From Hyphomicrobiales bacterium (lineage in GTDB: Bacteria; Pseudomonadota; Alphaproteobacteria; Rhizobiales; CAJQND01), in the NCBI GenBank assembly GCA_028285595.1, contig JANQOW010000066.1:350-64349 (forward strand): a stretch of 64,000 bases of DNA. Reading direction: 5' to 3'. How positions within the stretch are numbered: the first letter of the stretch is position 1; every line of letters starts with the position of its first letter. The notes beneath the pieces are model-generated. The model made no database searches. It had not been told where the DNA came from and saw nothing but the letters and a program-made list of their open reading frames with translations. The translations under genes were made by a program, and so were the position numbers. Of this stretch, positions 16,077 to 25,518 are shown in pieces.

Positions 16077-17354
16077 CTAGCCGAGGGCGTCGCGGAGGCG
16101 ATAGTAGAGCATGCCCAGAACCAGCGCCGGGGTGCGCAAAGGACCGCCTGGGAACGGCTGGTGCTTGAACTGGGCCATCACATCAAAGCGCTCGGCCTGA
16201 CCGGCAATGGCCTCGGCCATCAGCTTGCCGCACATACCTGACAGCGCCACCCCCTGACCGGAATAGCCTTGCGCAAAATAGACCTTCTCGCCGATCCGCC
16301 CCACATGCGGGATGCGGTTCATGGTGATGCCGATATAGCCGCCCCAGGCGTAATCGATCTTCACGTCCTCCAGCTCGGGGAACACATTGGTCATGCGCGG
16401 GCGCATGAACGCGCCCAGATCCTTAGGCTCCAAAGTGGAATAGCTGCAACGCCCGCCGAACAGCATGCGGTGATCAGCGGAAAGGCGGTAGTAGTCCACA
16501 ATGAAGTTGGTGTTGGACACGGCCTCATCGCCGGCGATCAGGGCCCGGGCCCGATTCTCGCCCAGAGGTTCTGTGGCCAGAATAAAGGACCCACACGGCA
16601 TCAGCCGCTGATAGAGCGGTTTCACCAGTTTGCCCAAATAGGCATTGCCGCCCACCACCATGAATTTGGCTTTGACCGTACCCAGTTCTGTCTTGGCGGA
16701 CGGGTTGGCGCCGGTGTCCAGCTCCAGGGCTGGGGAATGCTCAAAGATCTTGGCGCCCGCCTTGGTGGCCGCATCGGCCAGGCCCAGGCAATAGTTGAGG
16801 GGATGAAGGTGGCCCGCGCCCTCCTCGCGGATCCCGCCATGATAGCGGGTGGAGCCCAAGCGCTCCTCCAGAGCTTGCTTGTCGAGGAAGGTCGCGCCCT
16901 TAGCCCCAAACCCTTCCAGATGTTCAACCTCATGGCGCAACGCGTCCACTTCGCCGGCATTCTCTGTGGCGTGCAGGTACCCCCATTTCAGATCACATTC
17001 GATCTCATGGGTCTGAACGCGAGAGCTGATCAGGCTCTTGGCCTCCTCGGAAATGTCGAAAACCTTTTGCGCTGCTTCGCGCCCCGCCACTTTCTCGATC
17101 TTCTCCATACCGCAGGAGACCCCGGTGCAGATCTGCCCGCCATTGCGACCCGAGGCGCCCCAGCCCACCACATCAGCCTCCAACACGATCACATCGTAGC
17201 CGCGCTCAGCCAATTCGAGCGCCGCGGAGAGCCCGGTGTACCCCGCCCCGATCACGCACACATCGCAGGTGTGATCGCCTTGCAGCTTCGGGTGCTCATA
17301 GGATGGATTGGCCGTGGCCCGGTAGTAGGACAGACCGTCAGATGGCCGCGTCAT
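16077..17354 (-). CDS. FAD-dependent oxidoreductase, gamma-glutamylputrescine oxidase (PuuB)-like DAO family
   Basis: DVCVIGAGYTGLSAALELAERG dinucleotide-binding motif with a DAO-family layout. ATG 17354 has GAGGA 5 nt upstream; the alternative ATG 17372 does not. Confidence 0.75.
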   Translation of the reverse strand: MTRPSDGLSYYRATANPSYEHPKLQGDHTCDVCVIGAGYTGLSAALELAERGYDVIVLEADVVGWGASGRNGGQICTGVSCGMEKIEKVAGREAAQKVFDISEEAKSLISSRVQTHEIECDLKWGYLHATENAGEVDALRHEVEHLEGFGAKGATFLDKQALEERLGSTRYHGGIREEGAGHLHPLNYCLGLADAATKAGAKIFEHSPALELDTGANPSAKTELGTVKAKFMVVGGNAYLGKLVKPLYQRLMPCGSFILATEPLGENRARALIAGDEAVSNTNFIVDYYRLSADHRMLFGGRCSYSTLEPKDLGAFMRPRMTNVFPELEDVKIDYAWGGYIGITMNRIPHVGRIGEKVYFAQGYSGQGVALSGMCGKLMAEAIAGQAERFDVMAQFKHQPFPGGPLRTPALVLGMLYYRLRDALG

Positions 17355-17467
17355 GGGCGTCCTCAAATTCATGCCATTAAGATCGAACGCAGAGTTTTAC
17401 CCCTAATTGGCCCGGTTGTGGTAGAGAGAAATCACGAGACGACTGAGACTTTCCAAGCAGACCCACC

Positions 17468-18817
17468 ATGTCCAAAAACAAACTCCAAGACTGGATCACA
17501 GAACGCGGCATTGAAGAGGTAGAGTGCCTCGTGCCCGACATGGGCGGGGTGGCCCGTGGCAAGATCATTCCGGCCAAGAAATTCCTCTCTGCCATCGGCA
17601 CGCAAGGCCTTAGGATGCCTGAGGAGATCTTCATTCTCACCGTCACCGGCCGCTATGTGCAAGAAGCGAACGTCACCAGCCAGGCCGCGTCGGACATCTA
17701 CCTGAAGCCGGATATGGATTCGATCCGGATGGTCCCGTGGTACTCTGAGCCAACCGCTCAGGTGATCTGCGATTGTTACTATCTGAACGATGAGCCCGTG
17801 GATATCTCGCCACGCTTCGTCTTGAAGAAGATCCTGGAGCTTTACGACGAGAAGGGCTGGAAGCCGGTGGTGGCGCCGGAACTGGAATTCTATCTGGTGG
17901 AGAAGAACACCGACCCGGACTATCCTCTGGAGCCGCCCGTCGGGCGTTCGGGACGCAAGGAGGCCGGCGGCCAGGCCTACGGCATCGACAGCGCCAACGA
18001 GTTCGATCCCATCGTTGAAGACATTTACGATTATTGCGAACCACACGGCATCAATATCGGCACCTTGAGCCACGAGAGCGGTCCTGCCCAGCTTGAAATC
18101 AATTTCGACCATGGCGACCCCATGGATCTGGCTGACCAGGTTTTCCTGTTCAAACGCGCCGTGCGCCAAGCCGCGATCAAGCATGATGTCTATGCGACTT
18201 TCATGGCCAAGCCGCATGAAAGCGAGCCGGGCTCGTCCATGCATATTCACCAATCGCTTGTGGATGCGAAAACGGGCAGGAACCTGTTCGCCACCAAGGC
18301 GGGCAAGCAGTCCCGTCTGCTGCTGTCCCACATCGCGGGTTTGCAGCGCTATCTGTCAGGCTGCATGCCGTTCTTTGCGCCCAGCGTGAACTCTTACCGG
18401 CGCCTGGTGCCCTATGCGGACGCGCCCACCAACTCCCACTGGGGCATTGATAACAGGACGGTGTCTTTGCGCGTGCCTGCGTCCGATCCGGCCGCAATGC
18501 GGGTGGAGAACCGGGTCCCGGGGGCAGATTCGAACCCCTACCTCGCATTGGCGGCCACTTTGGCCTGCGGCTATCTGGGGATGACGGAAAAGCTCAAACC
18601 CACCTCCCCGGTGGAAGGCTCCGCATATCGCTACGCCCACACGCTCCCGCTCAACCTGGAAGAGGCCATGAGCAAGCTGAATTACACCAAGCCCTTAAAG
18701 CAGGTCTTCGGCGAACGCTTCATTGAAGTCTACCAGGAAGTGAAGGATTATGAGATGCAGCAGTATCGCCGGGTGATCAGTTCGTGGGAGCGGGAGTATC
18801 TCCTGCTCAATGTCTAG
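17468..18817 (+). CDS. glutamine synthetase family protein, gamma-glutamyl-amine synthetase (PuuA)-like
   Basis: 449 aa. GS catalytic-domain motifs (PELEFYL, HESGPAQLEINF, KPHESEPGSSMHIHQSL, NSYRRL, ENRVPGADSNPYLA). Confidence 0.8.
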   Translation: MSKNKLQDWITERGIEEVECLVPDMGGVARGKIIPAKKFLSAIGTQGLRMPEEIFILTVTGRYVQEANVTSQAASDIYLKPDMDSIRMVPWYSEPTAQVICDCYYLNDEPVDISPRFVLKKILELYDEKGWKPVVAPELEFYLVEKNTDPDYPLEPPVGRSGRKEAGGQAYGIDSANEFDPIVEDIYDYCEPHGINIGTLSHESGPAQLEINFDHGDPMDLADQVFLFKRAVRQAAIKHDVYATFMAKPHESEPGSSMHIHQSLVDAKTGRNLFATKAGKQSRLLLSHIAGLQRYLSGCMPFFAPSVNSYRRLVPYADAPTNSHWGIDNRTVSLRVPASDPAAMRVENRVPGADSNPYLALAATLACGYLGMTEKLKPTSPVEGSAYRYAHTLPLNLEEAMSKLNYTKPLKQVFGERFIEVYQEVKDYEMQQYRRVISSWEREYLLLNV

Positions 18818-18841
18818 GCTCTCCAAGCATCGAGGTGTGCT

Positions 18842-20386
18842 GTGCTGACAGGGCAAATGCTGGAACGCTCTGCCAAGAGGTTCCCCGACAAGCCGGCGAT
18901 TATCTGCGCTGACACCGAACTCAGCTACCGTGCCCTGGACCAAAAGGCCAACCAACTGGCGAATGCGCTGCTGGACCTCGGCCTGGGCAAGGGCGCCAAG
19001 ATCGCCATGCTCAGCCGCAATCTCACCGAGTATGGCATTGTCTTCTTTGGCGTTGCGCGGACCGGCTATGTGCTCACCAATGTCTCAGTGCTCTATGCGC
19101 CCGATGAGTTGGTCTTTGTGCTGAACAAGGCCGATGTGGAGGTGCTGATCTTCGATGGCGCCTTTGCAGAGAAGGTGGCAGGCGTTCACGACAAGCTGCC
19201 AAAGCTGATGCATCTCATCGGCTTCGGCGATGGGGAGATGCCGGCCGGCACGCGCCGCCTTGACGAGGTGATCGCCTCTGCGCCCGAGACCCCGCCAGCG
19301 GTCGACTTACACGAGCAAGACGCGTTCTGCATGACCTATACCGGTGGCACCACCGGGCGCCCGAAAGGTGTTCTGTGCAACCACCGGGCCCGCGCCGTCA
19401 CCGCCCATACGGTGATGGTGGAAGAAGCGCTTGATGAGCGCGACCGGGTGGCCATTGTCACCCCTCTCTTCCATGTGGCGGCGCTCAACATCATGTTTCA
19501 GCCGGCGATCTTGGCCGGGGCCACCACGCTCTTCTTGCCCAAGTGGGATCCGGCCGCGTTCATGGACCTGGCAGAGCGTCACCAGATGACTGCCACCTTC
19601 ATGGTGCCCACCCAAGCAGGCATGCTGTTGAACCACGACGGTTTCGATCCTGGCCCGTTTAAGTCCTGGCGCAAACTCAGCTTTGCCGGCGCGCCAATGC
19701 CCGATTGGGTTCAGGTGGAGCTCATGAAGCGGTTGCCTGACCTGGCGCTCACTCAGATCTATGGCCAATCGGAGATGGGCGTGATTGCGGCTCTACGCCC
19801 CTGGTATCTGCCCGCCAAGCTGGGAAGCGTGGGCCGTCAACCTTACAACGTGGACACCCGGGTGGTCGACCAGGAGGGCCGAGATGTAGCACCTGGAGAG
19901 ATCGGCGAGATCGTCACCAAGGGCGATAACGTGATGCTGGAGTACTACGGCGAACCGGAACAGACAAAGGCGTTCTTCAAACTGGGCGATGGTTGGGGCT
20001 GGTCGGGAGATGTGGGCACCATCGACGCAGAGGGTTTCATCACGCTTATCGACCGCTCCAAGGACATGATCATCTCCGGCGGCGAGAACATCTACCCTAA
20101 GGAGATCGAAGAGGTGATCTACGAGCTTGAGCCCGTGGCGGAATGTGCGGTGTTCGGCATTCCTCATGACAAGTGGGGCGAAACGCCTGCAGCCTACGTG
20201 ATGATGAAGCCCGATGAGAGGATAAGCGAGAACGAGATCATCCAGCACTGCGAGCAGAAGCTGGCGCCCTTCAAGCGGCCGCAACTGGTGAGGTTCGTGG
20301 AGGATTTCCCCAGAACGCCCATCGGAAAGATACAGAAGAACATTCTGAAGGAGGCGTTCTGGAGCGAGCGCGAAAAGAAGATCTGA
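18842..20386 (+). CDS. AMP-dependent acyl-CoA synthetase/ligase (class I adenylate-forming enzyme)
   Basis: YTGGTTGRPKGV, YGQSE, GWSGDVG and the terminal PIGKIQK motifs. GTG start 18842 has GAGG 7 nt upstream; an alternative ATG lies at 18857. Confidence 0.8.
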   Translation: MLTGQMLERSAKRFPDKPAIICADTELSYRALDQKANQLANALLDLGLGKGAKIAMLSRNLTEYGIVFFGVARTGYVLTNVSVLYAPDELVFVLNKADVEVLIFDGAFAEKVAGVHDKLPKLMHLIGFGDGEMPAGTRRLDEVIASAPETPPAVDLHEQDAFCMTYTGGTTGRPKGVLCNHRARAVTAHTVMVEEALDERDRVAIVTPLFHVAALNIMFQPAILAGATTLFLPKWDPAAFMDLAERHQMTATFMVPTQAGMLLNHDGFDPGPFKSWRKLSFAGAPMPDWVQVELMKRLPDLALTQIYGQSEMGVIAALRPWYLPAKLGSVGRQPYNVDTRVVDQEGRDVAPGEIGEIVTKGDNVMLEYYGEPEQTKAFFKLGDGWGWSGDVGTIDAEGFITLIDRSKDMIISGGENIYPKEIEEVIYELEPVAECAVFGIPHDKWGETPAAYVMMKPDERISENEIIQHCEQKLAPFKRPQLVRFVEDFPRTPIGKIQKNILKEAFWSEREKKI

Positions 20387-20407
20387 CCCTCAGAGGCAGG
20401 AGACCCG

Positions 20408-21580
20408 ATGACCAATCCCCTCCCCCGGCGCGATGTGCCCTTAGACGATGTGTTGGCCGAGCTCAACGCCGCCGCGCAACAGCCCTTTGAAGCCGCAAAC
20501 CCGATCCCCCCTGCCGTCAACCACTCTGAAGCGTTCTTCGCCCATGAGCGCCGGCAGGTGTTTATGCGCGAATGGATCTGCGCGGGCCGGGCCGATGAGC
20601 TGCCGGACGCTGGCGATTACATGACCCATCAGGTTGCCGATGTGCCCCTGCTGATCGTCCGCCAGGAGGACGGGACCTTAAGCGCCTTCATCAACGCCTG
20701 CGCTCACCGGTTTGCGCAATTGGTGGCAGAGGGCAAGGGCCACGCGCGCAAGTTCACCTGTCCTTATCACGCCTGGACCTATGCGCCGAACGGCCGCCTC
20801 GTGCGCGCGCCCTATATGGAGATGAAGCCGGACTTCGATGTAAACGACCACAGACTGAGCCAAGTACCTTTGGAGGTCTGGGAGGGTTTCATCTACGTGA
20901 CCCTCAATCCGGACCCCCCTCTCACGGTCGCTGAGCGCGTGCAGGCCCTGCGCGATGAAGTGGTCGGCCGCTACGATATGGCCTGCTACAAAACGGTGAT
21001 CCGCGAGACCATGACCTGGAACGCCAACTGGAAAAACCTTATCGAGAATTTCACCGAGAGCTACCACGTGCCCATCGCGCATGGGCAAACCTTCGCTCAG
21101 CACAACAAGCCTTTGGACGACTATGTCTGCGGCGATGACAATCCCTATTTCGGCTACCATCGCGCACCCCAGGCGGCAGAAAGCGGATTGGGCGCCGCCC
21201 ACCCCGGAAATGACCGGCTGGAGGGCGCGTGGCGGCGGATGATGGTAGATTTCTGCGTCTTCCCCTGCCATCTGGTGACGTTGATGCCGGACTATGTGTG
21301 GTGGATCTCCGTTCAACCTGAGGGCATTAGCCAAATGCGCGCCACATGGGGCGCTGCCGTGCCACCGGAAGTTTTGGCTGATATTCCCGAGGGGGGCTAC
21401 GAGACCTGGCTGCAGGACTTCAAGACCTATCTGGACGTGGCCAATGCGGAAGATAAAGGCCTGGTAGAGGCGCTGCACCGGGGGTCCACCTCGCCGATCC
21501 TGCCGGAGGGGACCTTCCATCCGATTGAACGGAACCTGTGGCAGTTCACCAAGTATCTGGCGGCGACGTGTGCGGCTTAA
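20408..21580 (+). CDS. Rieske [2Fe-2S] aromatic-ring-hydroxylating-type oxygenase, alpha subunit
   Basis: CAHRFAQ...CPYHAW Rieske motif. ESYHVPIAH mononuclear-iron region. 390 aa. Confidence 0.8.
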   Translation: MTNPLPRRDVPLDDVLAELNAAAQQPFEAANPIPPAVNHSEAFFAHERRQVFMREWICAGRADELPDAGDYMTHQVADVPLLIVRQEDGTLSAFINACAHRFAQLVAEGKGHARKFTCPYHAWTYAPNGRLVRAPYMEMKPDFDVNDHRLSQVPLEVWEGFIYVTLNPDPPLTVAERVQALRDEVVGRYDMACYKTVIRETMTWNANWKNLIENFTESYHVPIAHGQTFAQHNKPLDDYVCGDDNPYFGYHRAPQAAESGLGAAHPGNDRLEGAWRRMMVDFCVFPCHLVTLMPDYVWWISVQPEGISQMRATWGAAVPPEVLADIPEGGYETWLQDFKTYLDVANAEDKGLVEALHRGSTSPILPEGTFHPIERNLWQFTKYLAATCAA

Positions 21581-21601
21581 GCCAGCGGTGCTCAAGCTCC
21601 C

Positions 21602-22558
21602 CTACCCCTGAAAGCGCCGCCGGTATTCCAACGGGCTGACCCCGAGGCTCTTGCGGAAGTGATAGCGCAAGGCTTCCGCCGTGCTCATTCCGACCGTATC
21701 ACTGATCGCCTCAACGCTGAGATCGGTGGTCTCCAGCAGTGTGCACGAGCGGGCCACCCGCTCCTGGGTCAACCATTGCATGGCGGGCACACCGGTGAGG
21801 CCTAGGAAACGCCGCTGAAAGGTGCGCGGGGACATGCCGGCCTGGCGGGCCATCGTCTCGATCCGATGAGCACCGGCAAGACTTTTGCGCACCTCATCCA
21901 TCATCACTGACAACCGATGCTGGCCGCCGGTCTTCGGCATGGGCTGCTCGATAAACTGAGCTTGCCCGCCCTGGCGGTGCGCGTGCATGACCAGGCGCCG
22001 GGCTACCGAATTGGCAACCTTGGAGCCATAGTCAGCGCGCACGATGTGCAGGCACGCATCAATCCCGGCCGATGATCCGGCCGAACTGATCACCGGTCCG
22101 TCTTCCACATAGAGTTGATCGGCCACCACAGTGACATCAGGAAACCGCGTTGCCAGAGCCTCCGCATAGCGCCAATGTGTGGTCACCTGGCGCCCGCCGA
22201 GCACCCCGGCCGCTGCGAGCACGAACACGCCGGAGCATATGGACAAGAGCCGCGCGCCCCGCCCAAACGCTTTCTGAATCTCTACCCTGATGGCCTGCGG
22301 CACATCTGCGTCCTGCCCCCGCCAGCCCGGCACCACCACGATATCGGCACTGGCAAGCTCTGAACGCTTTCCCGTTGCACGCACCTCAAGCCCGCCCGCC
22401 GCCCGGATGGGACCGTCCTCAAGCGCCACAGAGGAGAAGCGATAGAGATCGCCTCCCAACTCAGGGCGGGGCAGTCCGAATACCTCTGAGACAATCCCAA
22501 ACTCAAACGTACACAGGCCATCATAGACAAGGGCGACGACCTTGAGCGGTTTTGTCAT
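21602..22558 (-). CDS. GlxA-family (DJ-1/PfpI amidotransferase-like domain + AraC HTH) transcriptional regulator
   Basis: N-terminal KVVALVYDG...ICSGVFVLAAAG DJ-1-like domain. C-terminal AraC-type HTH (SPRTFQRRF...SLGVSPLEYRRRF). Start is uncertain: in-frame ATGs at 22558, 22579, 22594 and 22603. Confidence 0.75.
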   Translation of the reverse strand: MTKPLKVVALVYDGLCTFEFGIVSEVFGLPRPELGGDLYRFSSVALEDGPIRAAGGLEVRATGKRSELASADIVVVPGWRGQDADVPQAIRVEIQKAFGRGARLLSICSGVFVLAAAGVLGGRQVTTHWRYAEALATRFPDVTVVADQLYVEDGPVISSAGSSAGIDACLHIVRADYGSKVANSVARRLVMHAHRQGGQAQFIEQPMPKTGGQHRLSVMMDEVRKSLAGAHRIETMARQAGMSPRTFQRRFLGLTGVPAMQWLTQERVARSCTLLETTDLSVEAISDTVGMSTAEALRYHFRKSLGVSPLEYRRRFQG

Positions 22559-22647
22559 TTTTTCCGGCAAATTCGGCATGCTCACCAGTGGCATAATTTC
22601 CATATACAATCAAATACTGCCTCATCATTCACAGCGGAGAACACCTG

Positions 22648-23028
22648 ATGAGCAACACCGATGATCTGTTCGCAGCAGTACAGACCTACTTCGACGCCCT
22701 TTACGAGTGCGACACTCAGAAGCTGAACGCGGTGTTCCATCACCAGTCCAGCTTGTTTGACGGTGATGACGGCAAGATCTTTGTGGAGCCTATTGGGAGT
22801 TTCAGCGACGATGTAGGCGGGCGTATCTCGCCGGCCAGCAAGGGTCAGGTGCGTGAAGATGAGATTTTGATGGTGGATTGGCTCTCGCCCCTAAGCGCCG
22901 TGGTGAAGATCAGGCTGCGTGCCCATCAGAACGTGTTTGTGGACCATTTGGGTTTCGTGAAGGGCCCGGAGGGATGGAAAATCGTCTCCAAGATCTGGCA
23001 CCTGGAGCGGTTGCACGAAGGGCCGTGA
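22648..23028 (+). CDS. NTF2-like (SnoaL/lumazine-binding-like) small protein
   Basis: 126 aa. YFDALYECD...VDHLGFVKGPEGWKIVSKIW pattern of the NTF2-fold family. Recognition by eye. Confidence 0.5.
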   Translation: MSNTDDLFAAVQTYFDALYECDTQKLNAVFHHQSSLFDGDDGKIFVEPIGSFSDDVGGRISPASKGQVREDEILMVDWLSPLSAVVKIRLRAHQNVFVDHLGFVKGPEGWKIVSKIWHLERLHEGP

Positions 23029-23113
23029 GCGATCATGAAGCCGTCACAGGTCCTTTGCATACTTGTCATGGCCCGCGCTCATAACAGGCCGGCTTCAAAT
23101 TCGGGAGATCGTT

Positions 23114-24331
23114 ATGAAGACTACGCTTGCGCTTTCAGCCCTGGCGGCAGCCACCGCCTTCGCCCCGGCCCTCGCTACCGCAGAAACGGTGCAACTTGGC
23201 CCACGACCCTATTACCTGATCGACCGGATGGCCGATGGCGAGCTGAAGAGCAAGCTGGCCGCATGTGCCAAGGGGCCGTTCATGCACACGGACTTCTCCA
23301 TTGGCCATCGCGGCGCACCCATGCAGTTTCCAGAGCACACGGTTGAGTCCTACACCGCCGCCGCGCGCATGGGGGCCGGCATATTGGAATGCGATGTCAC
23401 CTTCACCGCCGACAAAGAGCTGGTCTGCCGCCATGCCCAGAATGATTTGCACACCACCACTAACATTTTGGCCACCGATCTTGCCGGCACCTGCGTGAAG
23501 CCGTTTGCGCCGGCCACGGCCGATAAGGACGCGGTTGCGGAGTGCCGCACCAGCGAGCTGACCCTGGCGCAGTTCAAGACCCTGCAAGGCAAGATGGACG
23601 CGGCCAACAAAAAGGCCACGAGCCTGGAAGGTTATATGGACGGCACCGCAGGCTGGCGTACCGATCTTTATGCAGCCGAGAACGGCACGCTCATGACCCA
23701 CGCGGAATCGATCAAGCTGTTCAAATCCCTCGGCGCAAAGTTTACCCCCGAACTGAAGTCGCCCTCGGTGACCATGCCGTTCAACGGCTTCTCCCAGGAG
23801 GACTATGCCCAAAAGCTGATCGACGAATATAAGGCCGCCGGCGTCCCGGCTACCGACGTATGGCCGCAATCGTTCAATCTGGATGATGTGCTCTACTGGA
23901 TCAAAGCTGAGCCGGAGTTCGGCAGGCAGGCCGTATTCCTCGACAACAACTACAACGATGCCGCGTTCGACCCCATGAAGCCGGAGACCTGGCGCCACAA
24001 GATGGAGGACCTGAAGGCCAAGGGTGTGAACTATCTTGCGCCGCCCATGTGGGTTCTGGTCACGGCCAAAGAGGGCAAGATTGTTCCGTCGGTCTATGCT
24101 GAGATGGCATCAGCCGCCGGCCTGAAGCTCATCACATGGACGCTGGAACGCTCCGGACCTCTGACCACGGGCGGTGGCTGGTACTATCAGTCCATCAAAG
24201 ATCTTACCAAGAGCGATGGCGTGATGTTCGAACTGCTGCACGTGCTGGCCCAGGACGTGGGCGTGGTCGGGGTCTTCAGCGATTGGCCCGCGACGGTCAG
24301 TTACTATGCAAGCTGCATGAAGCTGAAGTGA
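23114..24331 (+). CDS. secreted glycerophosphodiester phosphodiesterase family protein
   Basis: ATG 23114 preceded by GGGAGA. Signal peptide [36 protein letters not shown] (HRG...E) GDPD motif. Confidence 0.75.
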   Translation: MKTTLALSALAAATAFAPALATAETVQLGPRPYYLIDRMADGELKSKLAACAKGPFMHTDFSIGHRGAPMQFPEHTVESYTAAARMGAGILECDVTFTADKELVCRHAQNDLHTTTNILATDLAGTCVKPFAPATADKDAVAECRTSELTLAQFKTLQGKMDAANKKATSLEGYMDGTAGWRTDLYAAENGTLMTHAESIKLFKSLGAKFTPELKSPSVTMPFNGFSQEDYAQKLIDEYKAAGVPATDVWPQSFNLDDVLYWIKAEPEFGRQAVFLDNNYNDAAFDPMKPETWRHKMEDLKAKGVNYLAPPMWVLVTAKEGKIVPSVYAEMASAAGLKLITWTLERSGPLTTGGGWYYQSIKDLTKSDGVMFELLHVLAQDVGVVGVFSDWPATVSYYASCMKLK

Positions 24332-24363
24332 CCTGGCGCTTGTGACCCGAAGGCAGCTTGTTG

Positions 24364-24396
24364 CGCGTCCTTGCGAAAGCGAGGACCTTCTTAGCC
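24364..24396 (+). repeat. intergenic GAAA-tetraloop hairpin element, copy B
   Basis: GTCCTTGC-GAAA-GCGAGGAC (24367-24386; one T-G wobble position) followed by CTTCTTAGC, 36 nt after the stop of the phosphodiesterase gene. Confidence 0.65.
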
Positions 24397-24554
24397 AAGA
24401 AAACTGACCGAGCTATGGGCCCCCTCTTTCGCAGGGGCGCGATGAGCATCATTTCCGTACGATCCATCAAGAATCTCGGCCGATCAAGCATACATAGACC
24501 GGCACGGCGGACGCATATTGTGGGCCTTAACGCAACCGAAAAGGACCCATCCCC

Positions 24555-24923
24555 ATGGACCTCAGATTTGTCACCCGCTCCGTCCACGCCTTTCTTGACT
24601 ATCCCGTGGCGCTCTCGCTGATGGCCGCACCGTTCATCCTCGGCCTCGGCGCCTCTCACCCTCTGGCGTTCTGGCTGGCGCTGGTCACCGGCGCAGCAGC
24701 CTTCGTGCTCACCGTCTTCACCGACCATCACCTCGGTCTTGTCCGCGTTTTGCCCTATGGGCTCCACCTGGCGGTCGACCTCGCCGTTGGCCTGGTGTTT
24801 GTGGCAGCGCCCTTCGTGCTTGGGTTCAGCGGGATTGATGCCTGGTACTACTGGCTCAACGGCGCCGCTGTGCTCACGGTGGTGAGCTTGCATAAGCCGG
24901 ACGTGGTACCGGCCCGGGCTTGA
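24555..24923 (+). CDS. small polytopic membrane protein (about 4 TM), hypothetical
   Basis: 122 aa, almost entirely hydrophobic helices (ALSLMAAPFILGL, WLALVTGAAAFVLTVF, LAVDLAVGLVFVAAPFVLGF). Confidence 0.5.
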   Translation: MDLRFVTRSVHAFLDYPVALSLMAAPFILGLGASHPLAFWLALVTGAAAFVLTVFTDHHLGLVRVLPYGLHLAVDLAVGLVFVAAPFVLGFSGIDAWYYWLNGAAVLTVVSLHKPDVVPARA

Positions 24924-24938
24924 CCGTCGCCGCCAAGC

Positions 24939-24965
24939 GGGCCAGAGCGTATCCCCCTCTGGCCC
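24939..24965. terminator. hairpin between convergent genes (possible bidirectional terminator)
   Basis: GGGCCAGAG (24939-24947) pairs with CTCTGGCCC (24957-24965) across a 9-nt loop. No clear T tract on either side. Confidence 0.4.
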
Positions 24966-24968
24966 CAA

Positions 24969-25439
24969 TCACCGGGTGAGAGCTTTCTGCTGCGGCACCC
25001 AAACCGGTTCGAACGCGCCCTTCCAAAAGCCGCGTTTGGCCGCCTTGGCTCCGTTCATCTGGCCCCAATACCGCTGCGGCGCTCCGGCCTGCGGCACTGC
25101 CCAGCCGGTGTAGATCATGTTCTCCGCCAGATCGAAGCCTCCCGACGTACAGTGTGCAAACCCATCTGCGCCCAGCGTGCATCTGATGGCCGCGCCGGCG
25201 GAGAGGTCCATCAGAGAGGCGCGTGAGATCACACCGCAATCGCGCAGCTTGCCCCCCAGTTGGCAAGTGGTGCCTAAAGGCGGTGCGGAGATGTGGCGCA
25301 ACACAACGCGCGTCGACCCGAGCACAATCGTCATCCCATCTTCGACCGTGTATTCGCCCGATGCGGCCTTGATGGGGTCTGCCATCGCAGGCGCGGCCAT
25401 GAGGGCAACAGCCGCAATAAGAGGACTGAAGGATTTCAT
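24969..25439 (-). CDS. secreted thermonuclease (SNase)-like family protein
   Basis: Signal peptide MKSFSPLIAAVALMAAPAMA. SNase-like layout (VVLRHISAPP...C...AENMIYTGWA...AKAAKRGFW). Confidence 0.55.
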   Translation of the reverse strand: MKSFSPLIAAVALMAAPAMADPIKAASGEYTVEDGMTIVLGSTRVVLRHISAPPLGTTCQLGGKLRDCGVISRASLMDLSAGAAIRCTLGADGFAHCTSGGFDLAENMIYTGWAVPQAGAPQRYWGQMNGAKAAKRGFWKGAFEPVWVPQQKALTR

Positions 25440-25451
25440 CTCTCACCAAAT

Positions 25452-25489
25452 CAAAATGCCCGGGCTGGCAGTGAAGCCGGCCCGGGCAT
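25452..25489 (-). terminator. strong rho-independent terminator directly after the CNPC-repeat gene
   Basis: 14-bp stem ATGCCCGGGCTGGC (25456-25469) pairs with GCCGGCCCGGGCAT (25476-25489) across a 6-nt loop. On the minus strand the hairpin is followed by TTTTGATTTGG. Confidence 0.75.
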
Positions 25490-25518
25490 GATTGCTTGTT
25501 ACCGTCGTGCAGGGTTCG

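Noticed and set aside
16269-18331. Long antisense ORFs (16269..17522 plus strand, 17432..18331 minus strand) opposite the FAD oxidase and glutamine-synthetase-like genes
   Set aside because: The sense frames carry unmistakable family motifs (GAGYTG, GS catalytic motifs). The antisense translations have none, and their composition is typical of GC-rich shadow ORFs. The same reasoning applies to 917..1669, 20678..21595, 23135..23998, 30303..30968, 40629..41441 and 52135..52734.
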